Sequence record: NZ_AP019754.1
Direction: 5' to 3' (one strand)
Source: a plasmid
Length of the DNA stretch: 64,000 nucleotides
Part shown: in pieces, positions 48,750 through 59,401 of the stretch
How positions within the stretch are numbered: the first letter of the stretch is position 1
How the letters are laid out: every line of letters begins with the position of its first letter
Position numbers and translations under genes: made by a program
The notes under the pieces: generated by a model
What the model saw: only the letters and a program-made list of their open reading frames with translations
Databases searched by the model: none
Told to the model about the DNA's origin: nothing

Positions 48750-49814
48750 TTAAGGAATGATTTTCTCATGCTTCAGCTTATCGAAAAGCTGAGTGAAGGA
48801 ATCCAGAGTGCTCCGGTAACCGGTAAAACCCGCCTTGCGACTTTTACTCATGTCGGTGAAGGCTTCCATGGGTCGCCCCAGATCCGCGTCGGTGTGCCAC
48901 CATGAGGCCAGACGCGTGATATCCTGTTCACGCAGGTTTTCACGCTGAGCAAGCGCCTGCCATACGCTGGCCGCCTCCTGCATGCGCCCGTCAAGCGGCA
49001 TCATTTTCGCCGGATAAGCGGCAGCCTCGAGACCAAAATACGCCGCCAGTTTTGGCCACATCCAGTTCCAGCGGAAAACGTCACCGTTTACCGCGTTGAA
49101 ATCCTGATTTGCCGCGGCCGGGCTGGTCGCCGCCCACTCAAGTTGTTCAGCCAGAAGACCGGCGTCGGTCATATCCACCACGCCATTCCATTGCTCGGGT
49201 GAACCCGGGAAGATAAACGGCCAGCCTTTTTCTTTACATAAGGTGGCGTAAACGGCCAGAGTCTGCCCCATGTTCATGGCATTTCCGAGCGCATAGCCAA
49301 TGATGGTATGCGGACGGTGGACGCTCCAGCGATAGCCATATTTTTCGGCGCCAGCGAAGACTTCATCCTCCTGGGCATAATAGAAGTTGTCTACCGGCTG
49401 ACGACCCTGCTCTTCGCGGAAAGGCGTGACCGGCACAGCGCCTTTGCCGTAAGCTTCAAATGGCCCCAGATAGTGCTTAAGGCCCGTCACCAGCGCCACA
49501 TGTGCGCCCTGGAGGCGTTCGCCAAGCGCTTCAATAACGTTGCGGATCATGCCGCCATTGACGCGGATATTCTCTTTTTCACTGTCCTGGCGCGCCCAGA
49601 CGCTGAAGAACACTGCATCAGGTTTGACCGCTTTCAATGCCGTTTTTACCGCTTCAGGATCGGTTAAATCTGCGGTGAGGTTGCTGCAGCCCTCAGGTAC
49701 CGCGCTGCGGCCCCGTGACAACCCGCTGACCTGCCAGCCTTCGTTATTTAGCCTTTCTGCTAACGCTCGACCAATCACACCACTGATTCCAACAATCAAA
49801 GCCTGCTTTTGCAT
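48750..49814 (-). CDS. SDR-family NAD-dependent oxidoreductase (PRISE/5beta-reductase-like).
   Basis: ALIVGISGVIGRAL Rossmann motif. 354 aa. Overall pattern matches the progesterone-5beta-reductase-like bacterial SDRs. Confidence 0.7.
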   Translation of the reverse strand: MQKQALIVGISGVIGRALAERLNNEGWQVSGLSRGRSAVPEGCSNLTADLTDPEAVKTALKAVKPDAVFFSVWARQDSEKENIRVNGGMIRNVIEALGERLQGAHVALVTGLKHYLGPFEAYGKGAVPVTPFREEQGRQPVDNFYYAQEDEVFAGAEKYGYRWSVHRPHTIIGYALGNAMNMGQTLAVYATLCKEKGWPFIFPGSPEQWNGVVDMTDAGLLAEQLEWAATSPAAANQDFNAVNGDVFRWNWMWPKLAAYFGLEAAAYPAKMMPLDGRMQEAASVWQALAQRENLREQDITRLASWWHTDADLGRPMEAFTDMSKSRKAGFTGYRSTLDSFTQLFDKLKHEKIIP

Positions 49815-49913
49815 GTTAATTCTCCTCTTTTTGCGTAATGCTAAGCGTAATAGAGAATTTCATTCCTATTTTGGGTAATAATTCACATCATTATCAACCT
49901 GAGTTCATCAATC

Positions 49914-50816
49914 ATGCACGATCAGCGTCTTAAAGACATTGTTCCTTTTGTGGCCAGTGTAGAAAGCGGGAGTTTTACCGCTGCGGCTGCCCGTTTACAT
50001 GTCACGGGTTCTGCCATCAGTAAAAGCGTTAGCCGACTGGAGATGCGACTGGGCTCGCGCCTGCTCGAACGCACAACGCGAAAACTGCAACTGACGGATG
50101 CGGGCAGCGCCTATTACCAAACCTGCTTACGCATCATGGAAGAGCTGGCCGAAGCAGAAGCCGTCCTGGCTGCGCAACGGATTATTCCTTCCGGCCGTCT
50201 GAGACTGGCTGTGCCGCATACTTATGGTCGGCTGAACGTGATGCCGTTGCTGATTCCGTTTTGTCAGCAGCATCCCGAGCTTGAATTGAGAATGAGTTTT
50301 TCAGATCGCTTCATCGATCTGTTTGATGAAGGCATCGACGTTGCGGTCAGAATTGGCGGCTCAGATGATTTACCCGCATCAATGGGCTGCCGTCATATTG
50401 GTCGTGAACGCATGGTGTTTTGTGCCTCGCCAGCGTGGCTGGAACGCGAAGGACGGCCGCAAAATGAACAGGCACTCATGCAGCATCGGGCCATTCTGTA
50501 TGAACGGGCCGATAACACGCCAAAACCCTGGTTATTTAGTGGTAAAGACGGTCATTCGTACTGGCGGGACGTTCCCTTTCGCATGGCGCTGGCTGATGTG
50601 GATGCACAACTACAGGCAGTAATTGCCGGATTAGGCGTTGCACAAATGCCCTCGTGGCTGGTACAGAACGCCGTTGACAGTGGTGAACTGGAAATCTTAC
50701 TGCCGCAGCAGCAACCCGAGGGGCTGCCACTCAGTGTGATTTGGCCCCGGCGTAAGCAGCTTCTGCCTAAAGTGGATGTTTTATTAACCACGCTAACGCA
50801 GTTAACCATTCGTTGA
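49914..50816 (+). CDS. LysR-family transcriptional regulator, divergent from the SDR gene.
   Basis: HTH FVASVESGSFTAAAARLHVTGSAISKSVSRLE. 300 aa. Confidence 0.85.
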   Translation: MHDQRLKDIVPFVASVESGSFTAAAARLHVTGSAISKSVSRLEMRLGSRLLERTTRKLQLTDAGSAYYQTCLRIMEELAEAEAVLAAQRIIPSGRLRLAVPHTYGRLNVMPLLIPFCQQHPELELRMSFSDRFIDLFDEGIDVAVRIGGSDDLPASMGCRHIGRERMVFCASPAWLEREGRPQNEQALMQHRAILYERADNTPKPWLFSGKDGHSYWRDVPFRMALADVDAQLQAVIAGLGVAQMPSWLVQNAVDSGELEILLPQQQPEGLPLSVIWPRRKQLLPKVDVLLTTLTQLTIR

Positions 50817-51112
50817 TTGCGAGAGAATTTAATCGCTTTTTCACAGGGTGAGTAATGGAATATGGCGGATAATATAACGTCATTATAACGTTTATGCCTG
50901 TGCTGCCAGAATCGGATGGGCAGGTTAGGTCATAATATTTCAGTACTTTCTGGTCAACCCAATGGTGTTTATAACGGAGTGGCGCTAACGTAGAGGCATT
51001 CCAATCCGCTCAGGCGTAGGGACAAAGGCGATATGGCAGCAAGGGCGGTGAGCGTTAAAAAAATCAAAGGTTGTGAAACGTTGCCGGTACCTGACAGTGA
51101 ACGGCTGCGTTT

Positions 51113-51901
51113 ATGCTAAGTCTGCTCTTTCGCCTGATGGTACTGACTATAATGGCACTTACGCTGGCGGGATGCGCACGCTCAGATGCATTATGGGCGG
51201 TGACAGACAACGTTTGCATGGTGAACTATCACTACACTGGCCACCCGTCACCCTGTCAGCAAATCTATATTCCAGAGGGCAAACGGCAGGGTTTTAGCAT
51301 TATTCAAAACCCTCGTTATCCCTATCATTTCATTCTGGTTCCCACGATTCCGGTATCCGGTATTGAAAGCCCGTGGCTATTCATGCCTGGCCGTCCAGAT
51401 TATTTCGGCTACGCCTGGCTGATGCGTTATCAGTTGATGTCTCAATACGGCAGGCCTGTGCCGGAGGACATGCTGGGCATGGCAATCAACTCGGCCTGGG
51501 GCCGCAGTCAGAATCAGCTACATATCCACCTCACCTGCCTGCGAGAAGATGTTTACAGGCAGTTAAGGGCTGAACGTCCCTATATTCAAGATGCGTGGCA
51601 TCCCCTGCCCGATAAGCTCTTAACGCATACTTATTACGCTCGCCGTGTCCTTCAACCTACAGCGATGGGCATTTACCCTATCGCATCCGTTGCTCACTAC
51701 TTTCGCCTGACGCCGCCTATGCTGGCTGAATATGGCGTCGCGTTAGTGCCGACAACGTTCTCGGGTGAAAAAAAAGGGTTCATCCTGCTGGCAACCCGTC
51801 GCGGCTGGGATAAAGGCAATCGCGCCTCCGTTGAGTCTTTACTGGATAAGCGATGTGACATTCTGGGTTCGGGATCCGCAAAACCCTTACGCTTTAGATA
51901 A
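51113..51901 (+). CDS. cdh: CDP-diacylglycerol pyrophosphatase.
   Basis: N-terminal lipobox-like LTLAGC. Colinear with E. coli Cdh (...NPSPC..., ...LLMPT..., ...LAINS..GR[ST]QN..HIH[IL][ST]C[IL]R..V..QL...). Note this lipobox is not in the assigned reading frame as written; it comes from checking the overlapping ORF-track entry. Confidence 0.85.
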   Translation: MLSLLFRLMVLTIMALTLAGCARSDALWAVTDNVCMVNYHYTGHPSPCQQIYIPEGKRQGFSIIQNPRYPYHFILVPTIPVSGIESPWLFMPGRPDYFGYAWLMRYQLMSQYGRPVPEDMLGMAINSAWGRSQNQLHIHLTCLREDVYRQLRAERPYIQDAWHPLPDKLLTHTYYARRVLQPTAMGIYPIASVAHYFRLTPPMLAEYGVALVPTTFSGEKKGFILLATRRGWDKGNRASVESLLDKRCDILGSGSAKPLRFR

Positions 51902-51906
51902 TTAAC

Positions 51907-52617
51907 TCACTTATGTAAAATGCGCTGAACCAACGCCCTCAACGCCTGATGTTCCCGAGGATGATGAAAATAGTGTTCGGCTCCTTGCACCGTCGTCAGT
52001 ACCGCTTTGTGGCGGTGTGCAAAGGTGACAACCGCACTGAAATCGGCAATCTGGTCCTGGCTTGCAACCATAATATTCAGGGACAAGTTTTCTCCCGAAA
52101 CCCGGTGCTATTGGACATACGCAAGATAATCGGCTCGAAAAACCGTGCCGTCAGAAGCAATGATGACCTTCTCGCGATTGAGCCGGGTTTCATCAACATC
52201 AGCCTTGACCATCATTTTTCTGATGAGACTGTCGAGATCGATAACAGGCGAGAGAAATAATGCCTGAAATATTTTTATTTTCTGAGCTGCAATCATGCTA
52301 AAACTGGCACCAATGCTGCAGGCAAATAGTGCCGTTGCACTGAATCGTTTCTGAGCATAAGCAAGCATGATTTTAATGTCATCAACGGCTTGTGCTACAT
52401 GGCATTCAGACTCTACATGACGCCTTTCACCATGAGCAGGAAGATCGAAACTCAGTATGCTATATCCCGCTTTCACAGCCTCAGATGCCAGAATCTCAAT
52501 GCACTGATCTTCTTTATGGGAAAAATAGCCATGTACGGCAAGGATAAGCTTACCGCCTGCCCGATTACCCCAGTGAACGCAAGGAATGCCCTGCACATGG
52601 CTTCGTGTGTTTAACAT
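51907..52617 (-). pseudogene. Alpha/beta hydrolase interrupted by an in-frame amber (TAG) codon at 52108-52110.
   Basis: The 169-codon N-terminal ORF has the nucleophile elbow SIGASFS. The frame continues for another 66 codons in the same frame after the TAG, up to HYFHHPREHQALRALVQRILHK, which carries a His in the usual position of the alpha/beta-hydrolase catalytic histidine. Confidence 0.5.
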
Positions 52618-52942
52618 AGGGCTTCGCCTTCTTCAGCCTCTCACGTCCTCTGAGTCTAACCGGGCTCACAGCAGAAAATTTTGATTCTGGAAAGTCTTAA
52701 ACGGGACAGTTGTCGACACCGCCAGAGAATGTGGACAACAGTGTGGCCCTGCATGGATACCTCTCACCACAGAACGGCCTTAAGACCGCACCGCCGCTAG
52801 ACCAGATTACATAAAAAGTGAATTTTTTCATTTTGTAACTTTAACGTTATGTTACTTGGTATTTTTGCTGCCATGATTCATTGCGTTACTTATTGAAATG
52901 TGTTGGTCACCCAAACCTTACTATTGCTACAGGGAAAATCAC

Positions 52943-54145
52943 ATGTCACAACGGTCACTTCAGGCACTGTGTCTGATGAGTTTTTTTCTGGCCGACGTCA
53001 GAGACGGTCTGGGACCATTTTTAGGTATTTTTCTGACAGAACGCCACTGGAGCCCGGATGAAATAGGCCTGGTCATGACCTCAGGCGGCATTGCAGGGCT
53101 CCTCTCAACGTTGCCCGCAGGCGTGGTGGCGGATGCAACGCGCTATAAACGTCTTGTCATCTTGACAGGATGCATTGTGATTACCGTTGCGACCTTATTA
53201 CTCTGGTACAGCAATCAGTCCTGGACGGCGATCATTTCACAGATCGTTGCCGGTATTGCTGCCGCCTTTATTGGCCCGACCGTAGCAGGGATAACGCTGG
53301 GCCTGACGGGGCAAAAAGGGTTCAACCACCAGATGGGGCGGAACGAGGCTTACAACCATGCCGGAAACACCCTGGCGGCTGTACTGGCAGGATTCGCAGC
53401 CTGGAAATGGGGGCTCGGCGCCGTTTTCATTTTAATGATGATAATGGCCGTCTTTGCCGCCATCGCGACGTTGGCGATACGTGGAGAGGATATAAATCAT
53501 GAGGTTGCCCGCGGATTAGAAGACAATCAGTCTCAAAAGCCGACGCTGAGCCTGTGGATCCTGGCGCGCAAACCCGCACTGCTGGTAACCGGTCTGACTT
53601 TACTGCTGTTTCATCTGGCCAACGCCGCACTGTTGCCCATGCTGAGTATGCGCGTTGCCTCATCAACCGGGCCAGATGCGGTCGATCCCGGTTTGTATGC
53701 TGCGGCAACGGTTGTTATTTCTCAGCTGGTGATGATCCCTGTCGCGATTTACGTTTCACGCCGTGTGGATAAAATTGGCTATCGCTATTTGATCATGACG
53801 GCCCTGTTAATGATGCCGCTTCGGGCGCTTATTGCGGCAGAATTTCCAGAGACGCTATTCGTTATTCCAGTCCAGGTGCTTGATGGCATTGCGGCAGGAA
53901 TACTGGGCGTTGCCGTGCCGGGCTACATTGTCTCCCTGCTGCGCGGAAGCGGGCACGTTAATGCGGGTCAGAGTGTGGTGATGCTAATGCAAGGCGTAGG
54001 TGCCTCCATGAGCCCGGCGATGACGGGGCTGATTGTGGCTCGCTATTCCTACAGTATTGCCTTTAGCGCATTGGGTTGTATCGCCCTGGTGGCCTTACTG
54101 CTGTGGTGGAGCACCGGACGAACGCCGGCGGCTGAACCGGCATAA
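52943..54145 (+). CDS. MFS transporter.
   Basis: About 400 aa with 12 transmembrane helices. Start at MSQRSLQALCLMSFF, preceded by an AGGGAAAA Shine-Dalgarno-like stretch. Confidence 0.75.
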   Translation: MSQRSLQALCLMSFFLADVRDGLGPFLGIFLTERHWSPDEIGLVMTSGGIAGLLSTLPAGVVADATRYKRLVILTGCIVITVATLLLWYSNQSWTAIISQIVAGIAAAFIGPTVAGITLGLTGQKGFNHQMGRNEAYNHAGNTLAAVLAGFAAWKWGLGAVFILMMIMAVFAAIATLAIRGEDINHEVARGLEDNQSQKPTLSLWILARKPALLVTGLTLLLFHLANAALLPMLSMRVASSTGPDAVDPGLYAAATVVISQLVMIPVAIYVSRRVDKIGYRYLIMTALLMMPLRALIAAEFPETLFVIPVQVLDGIAAGILGVAVPGYIVSLLRGSGHVNAGQSVVMLMQGVGASMSPAMTGLIVARYSYSIAFSALGCIALVALLLWWSTGRTPAAEPA

Positions 54146-54507
54146 TTAAGGGTAATCTGCCAGCAATCTCACGCTGGCGGATTCTGGTTTGCCCCTGAAT
54201 ACCGCATGCAATAGGCGAATCCGCCATCCTGAATGCCGTTTAAAAGGGACTCAGGCACCATCATATGTGCCAGAATGTAAACAAAGGTAAAAAATGATTT
54301 ATGCCTATCTCACTTATTAATCACTCTTTTTTCCTGATTACTTGCAAAAAATTACATTCATGTACTATGTTTTCTCGCTGCGGTTAAGAACGCTCTATCA
54401 TTAATGTCACTGGCCTCTTATAGCTTTCTCTTCCTTTATTTCCGTTAACCTCGCTGACTGGCTGCGAAAGCTATAGGTCGTCTTCATTTAAGTAGTTTGA
54501 GGAAAAT

Positions 54508-55983
54508 ATGGATACAAACCGTTCATCGTCACCCAGGCCTAAAAAACATTTCTGGAATAAAAAGCAAAAAAAACTCACGGTTGATGACATAACCGTTATC
54601 GATAATGACATGTTAAAACGCGCTGTCGGTGCCGCCGCATTAGGTAATGCCATGGAGTGGTTTGACTTTGGCGTCTACAGCTACCTGGCTGTTATCATTG
54701 GTAAGGTCTTTTTCCCCGATGCCAATACGGCAATTCAGTTGATCGCGACCTTTGGTACCTTTGCAGCGGCGTTTTTAGTCCGCCCACTGGGCGGTCTGGT
54801 ATTCGGTCCGCTGGGTGACCGAATCGGACGTCAGAAAGTGCTGGCCATCACCATGATCATGATGTCGATAGGCACATTTTGCATCGGCATCATTCCATCC
54901 TATGCCTCAATCGGCATCATGGCACCCATCCTGCTGCTGGTGGCCCGACTCGTTCAGGGATTCTCTACCGGTGGCGAATATGGCGGTGCAGCAACCTTCA
55001 TCGCAGAGTATTCGACAGATAAACGTCGTGGTTTTATGGGAAGCTTCCTGGAGTTCGGTACATTAGGCGGCTACCTGCTGGGTGCCTGTCTGGTGACCGT
55101 AATGACGAGCTTTATCTCATCAGAAGCCATGATGTCCTGGGGCTGGCGCGTGCCCTTCTTTATTGCCGCGCCCCTTGGCTTGTTCGGCCTGTATGTGCGT
55201 TTGAAACTCGAGGAAACACCTGCTTTTAAACAACATATGCAGAAGCAGGAGGAGCTGGAGCAGAGTAAACCGCGCCTGACGCTCTTCAAGATGTTAAGTA
55301 AGCACCGCGTGCCCATGATGAAGTGTATCGGGCTGGTCTTATTGTTTAACGTTTCCAACTACATGCTGACCTCGTATATGCCCAGCTATCTTACCGGCGT
55401 ACTGGGTTTACCTGAGCTCAGCGGGCTGCTGCTGGTAATGATCGTGATGTTTGTCATGATGCCGTTAACGCTGATGTGGGGCCGCTGGACCGATCGAATT
55501 GGTCGTCGCCCGGTGATTGGCTTCGGTGCAGTGGGCCTGATCCTGCTCGCTATCCCCAGCTTTATGTTGATCGGTTCACATAATATGTGGGCAGTCTTTG
55601 CCGGCCTGCTCATACTGGGTATTCTGCACACCTGCTTCAGTGGCACCATGCCCTCAACGCTACCCGCGCTTTTTGCCACTGATATTCGTTACAGTGCACT
55701 GGCGATCGGCTTCAATCTTTCGGTTTCACTGTTTGGCGGCACCACGCCTTTACTTACCGCATGGCTGGTTGATACCACGCAAAATACCATGATGCCGGCG
55801 TACTACATGATGGTTGCAGGGGTGGTGGGATTACTGACGATTCTGACGGTACGTGAAACGGCCCGTAAGCCCTTAACCGGCTCTTCTCCTGCTGTCGCAA
55901 GCGAAGCCGAAGCCCAAAGCCTGATTAATAAAATGGACAGAAAGGCTGAATCCGATCGACCCGCGCCAGCTGACGCGAAATAA
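54508..55983 (+). CDS. proP: MHS-family osmolyte:H+ symporter (ProP-like).
   Basis: Colinear with E. coli ProP through the transmembrane domain (LGNAMEWFDFGVY, RPLGG, GDRIGRQK, ...GRWTDRIGRRPV...). The C-terminal tail is shorter and lacks the heptad coiled-coil segment. Confidence 0.8.
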   Translation: MDTNRSSSPRPKKHFWNKKQKKLTVDDITVIDNDMLKRAVGAAALGNAMEWFDFGVYSYLAVIIGKVFFPDANTAIQLIATFGTFAAAFLVRPLGGLVFGPLGDRIGRQKVLAITMIMMSIGTFCIGIIPSYASIGIMAPILLLVARLVQGFSTGGEYGGAATFIAEYSTDKRRGFMGSFLEFGTLGGYLLGACLVTVMTSFISSEAMMSWGWRVPFFIAAPLGLFGLYVRLKLEETPAFKQHMQKQEELEQSKPRLTLFKMLSKHRVPMMKCIGLVLLFNVSNYMLTSYMPSYLTGVLGLPELSGLLLVMIVMFVMMPLTLMWGRWTDRIGRRPVIGFGAVGLILLAIPSFMLIGSHNMWAVFAGLLILGILHTCFSGTMPSTLPALFATDIRYSALAIGFNLSVSLFGGTTPLLTAWLVDTTQNTMMPAYYMMVAGVVGLLTILTVRETARKPLTGSSPAVASEAEAQSLINKMDRKAESDRPAPADAK

Positions 55984-55999
55984 TCCGCCGTTTTCATCC

Positions 56000-56029
56000 A
56001 AAACACCCTGTCCGCAGGGTGTTTTTTTA
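56000..56029. terminator. Bidirectional intrinsic terminator after proP.
   Basis: AAAACACCCTG-TCCG-CAGGGTGTTTTTTT. Confidence 0.7.
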
Positions 56030-56043
56030 TGTGTACATTCAGT

Positions 56044-56580
56044 CTAGTCATTACCAAACCGGGCCACCGAGCTGGCCGCACCCAGGGCATGTCCTTTGAG
56101 TTTCTTCATCAGCTCGTCATGAGTCAAACCCGGTTCAAGCGCAGAGGGTGCAAGATCCGTGGCAATCAGCACGAAGTTATAGTGGTGAATGCCTGAACCG
56201 ACAGGCGGACAGGGGCCGTAGTAATGGGCGGTGCCCGGTGAGTTTTTCCCACCCGTGTAACCTTTCCCCGTTGTCAGTTCACCCTGAGCAAAAGCACTGC
56301 GTTCAGAAGCAATGTTGTAAGCCACCATATGACTCACGCCGAGACCTTTAGCCCCCACGGGATCGGTCATCAGTAAGGCAAAGCTTTTGGTACCGGCCGG
56401 ACTCTCTGACCAGTTAAGTTCGGGTGATACGTTTTCGCCGGTGCAGGCCGCATTACTTTTATTCGCACCGGCAAATTTTTTATCTAACAAGCCATTATCG
56501 CTGAAGTCTTTCGACTGCAGGGTTAAAGCCAATGCAGCAGGACATAAAAAGATTAACAACAGATAAGGAAATTTTTTCAC
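56044..56580 (-). CDS. YbhB/YbcL-family periplasmic PEBP (Raf kinase inhibitor-like) protein.
   Basis: Signal peptide MKKFPYLLLIFLCPAALA and the PEBP motif YYGPCPPVGSGIHHYNF. Confidence 0.8.
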   Translation of the reverse strand: MKKFPYLLLIFLCPAALALTLQSKDFSDNGLLDKKFAGANKSNAACTGENVSPELNWSESPAGTKSFALLMTDPVGAKGLGVSHMVAYNIASERSAFAQGELTTGKGYTGGKNSPGTAHYYGPCPPVGSGIHHYNFVLIATDLAPSALEPGLTHDELMKKLKGHALGAASSVARFGND

Positions 56581-56948
56581 CTGATACTCCTGTGTTATCG
56601 AGAGGTTATCCTGGGACGAGAGCGAAATTCATCCAATCCACAATGAAACAGTATATGTCTCAAAACCCGACAGAGAAGTGCGACAGGAGCCCACAGAAAA
56701 GAGGAGAAGAGAAATAAAAACCGCAGTTCGCCAGAGGCGACAGGCCTTCAGGATCGGCCTGTGAAGGGGAATAAGGCTTATTTTACTGTCATCTTTCAGG
56801 GTGAAATCGCCAGTATTTAGCGCCCGATTGCCGGTAGCAAACCGGTCTGACGCCTTTTTTTTATTTACACAAAAGGCCTGATACTTGATCTGAATCACAA
56901 AAATCCGCATGATCTGCATCAAACATTTAAACAGGTATTGAGGCAAAA

Positions 56949-57122
56949 ATGACACTTTATCAACACATGCTGGTCTTCTATGGCATTGTTGCCTCGGTAG
57001 CGGCACTCATCACCTTCTTTATCGCCAAAGACAAGCTCAGCATCAAACTGTTGAGTGCTTTTCTGGTTGGTGCAACCTGGCCTATGAGTTTTCCGGTAGC
57101 ATTAATGTTCGCGCTATTTTGA
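56949..57122 (+). CDS. Candidate 57-aa small membrane protein with two predicted transmembrane helices. It is below the ORF-track size cutoff.
   Basis: ATG at 56949 with a GAGG Shine-Dalgarno 6 nt upstream. Translation is MTLYQHMLVFYGIVASVAALITFFIAKDKLSIKLLSAFLVGATWPMSFPVALMFALF. Confidence 0.3.
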   Translation: MTLYQHMLVFYGIVASVAALITFFIAKDKLSIKLLSAFLVGATWPMSFPVALMFALF

Positions 57123-57724
57123 AAATTTCTCTCCTGTAGGTCAGATACATCGCTACCTGCTGGGCGGTCTTCACACTTCAATAAGACACCTTCACCAGAC
57201 AATTTTGCATAACCTTCCCTTGGCGCAACCGCTGCCCTGTACTGTTCTGCAAAACCCGCTTTTTCCTGCAAGCGATGGCTGCAATCATCGCCACAGCGTG
57301 CCGTTCCGATAGACGCCTTTTGTCATGCACCGCACTCACTGACTTGCTGACGTCGCAAGATACCTGTTTTGGCAGCGCGCGATCGCCCGCTACCGAAAGG
57401 GAAAATCGTAGGGTAACAGACTGAACCTCGTGAAGTTTTTACCCCACCTTTATTGTGAACCCTGGTGTGTTATTTCAGCATAACGGGCCGTCAGTTGCTT
57501 CAGGTGCATTTCCAGTTGAGACCGGGCAGCGGCAGGTAAAGGTTCGCCCGCAGGATGTTGTGACAATGCCCGCAGTTGCTCTTCAACCGGTATGGATTGG
57601 TTAAAGGACTGCATAGTGGAAAAAACCACTGATTTCAGCTCGCTGACCCGTTTCAAGAATGATTGCCGTCCGACCTCAGGCCAGATTCCCGGCGTTAATA
57701 TCTGCGCAATTTCGCCCTGCTCAC

Positions 57725-59131
57725 TCAGGCCCGATCGTGCGTTGCATTGGCCTCCGCCTCACTTTGTTGCTGCTTTGCCAGAGTCCGGGCGAGAAGCGTT
57801 GAATACAACGGCGTTCCGCCGAAATATTGCGCAGACAGGGTAGCCCCAAGACAGGTAATAATCATTGGCAGAATAAGCTGATAATTATTCGTCATCTCCA
57901 GCACCAGAATAATGCCGGTCAAGGGTGCGCGTACCGAGGCCGCAAATAACGCCCCCATGCCCGCAACGGCAAAGGTTGCCGCTTCAAGATGATACGCCGG
58001 AAACATTGCAACACAGAGTTGACCGACGCTGATGCCGAGTAATGTGCCGAGCGTCAGCATCGGCGCGAAAATACCGCCTGGCGCCCCGGATGCGAAACAC
58101 AGCAAGGTGGTCAGCGCGCGAAGAAAAAACAGGGAGAGTAAAGCGGCGGAGGTATATGTACCGGCTGAAAAGTCGGGAATTAACGTAATACCGCCAGTAA
58201 CGGCCTGAGGCAGTACCAGCCCCAGCAGACCGCATAATCCGCCCAACACTGCACCGCCCAGCACCCAACGCGAGGTTTGGCCCTTGTGAAGAGTCTGAAA
58301 CAGATCCTGCAGCGTGAATATCAGACGATTAAAGGCCACACCGCAGCCACCAAATAGAATCCCTAACAGCAAATATAACCACAGGGTTTGTATCGGCGCA
58401 TCTTTCAGTTGCCCGATGTTAATGATGGGTTCGTTACCGTTCAGCGCACGAAAAACAATGCTTGAGGTAATGACCCCAACAAACACGGCTTTGATAGAAA
58501 TAAGGCTAAAGCGAAACTGCAGGCGCATTTCTTCAATGATGAACAGAATGCCTGCCAGCGGGGCATTAAAGGCGGCGGCCAGGCCAGAAGCAGCACCGGT
58601 AGCCAGAATAGTATGACGGGATTCAGAAGACCGCATGCGGAAGATATCCAGACACATGCGTCCAATGTTGCCGCCAATTTGAACTGTCGGCCCTTCTCGC
58701 CCAAGCACCATGCCCGAGCCCAGCGCGCCCAGCCCCCCAACGAACTTCACCGGTAAAACTCGCCACCAGCGTACGGGCCTTAACTCCTCCAGCGCACCTT
58801 CTATTTCAGGAATGCCCGATCCACCCGCTTCAGGCGCAAATCGCCTGACAAGAAAATAGCCTGAAGCTGCCAGCCCTGCGGAAAAAATAAAGGCAAACAA
58901 GCCCATTAACAAGGCATTGTTTTCAAACTGGCTCAGCCAGTGGAGGCGGGAATGTATGACCCAGCTTACCGCTCTGTCGAATGCCACCGCCGTCAGGCCC
59001 GTTAATACACCCACCAGCGCGGCGAGCAGTAATAAGGCAACCGGCGTTTTATCTCGCCGAATAAGATATTGTAACAACCGTAGCCGACGGGGGCGAAAAA
59101 GACCGGGTCGGTTTGAGACAAAAGCGCGCAT
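57725..59131 (-). CDS. clcA: ClC-type H+/Cl- antiporter.
   Basis: [14 protein letters not shown] and [10 protein letters not shown] selectivity motifs. [10 protein letters not shown] is colinear with E. coli ClcA. The ATG at 59131 has a GAGG Shine-Dalgarno; the ORF-track start at 59170 is a TTG. Confidence 0.9.
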   Translation of the reverse strand: MRAFVSNRPGLFRPRRLRLLQYLIRRDKTPVALLLLAALVGVLTGLTAVAFDRAVSWVIHSRLHWLSQFENNALLMGLFAFIFSAGLAASGYFLVRRFAPEAGGSGIPEIEGALEELRPVRWWRVLPVKFVGGLGALGSGMVLGREGPTVQIGGNIGRMCLDIFRMRSSESRHTILATGAASGLAAAFNAPLAGILFIIEEMRLQFRFSLISIKAVFVGVITSSIVFRALNGNEPIINIGQLKDAPIQTLWLYLLLGILFGGCGVAFNRLIFTLQDLFQTLHKGQTSRWVLGGAVLGGLCGLLGLVLPQAVTGGITLIPDFSAGTYTSAALLSLFFLRALTTLLCFASGAPGGIFAPMLTLGTLLGISVGQLCVAMFPAYHLEAATFAVAGMGALFAASVRAPLTGIILVLEMTNNYQLILPMIITCLGATLSAQYFGGTPLYSTLLARTLAKQQQSEAEANATHDRA

Positions 59132-59401
59132 GCCTGACCTCAAAATTAGCGTGCTGAACAGCACCAACAATGCAAATTAAATCCAGAGGTTATCGCATCC
59201 CCGCCATAATTCCTCGCTTTTATTTATCTCCGAATTTTACTAAATCAGCAACCTGCTGCTGCATAAGGGATGATGTGGGGTAATCATCATGCCTGATAAA
59301 ATTTCAGGCCTCGTCTGGCAATTTTATCTGCAAGCCATTGATTTGCAGCCTGAGGACGCTCATCATCCTGCGCCATCAACGATCTTTCTGGAGACGCGTG
59401 T

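Noticed and set aside
57450-57656. 68-aa ORF (TTG start; 54 aa from an internal ATG) downstream of clcA.
   Set aside because: No Shine-Dalgarno at either start and no recognisable motif. It may be a coding remnant. Left uncalled.
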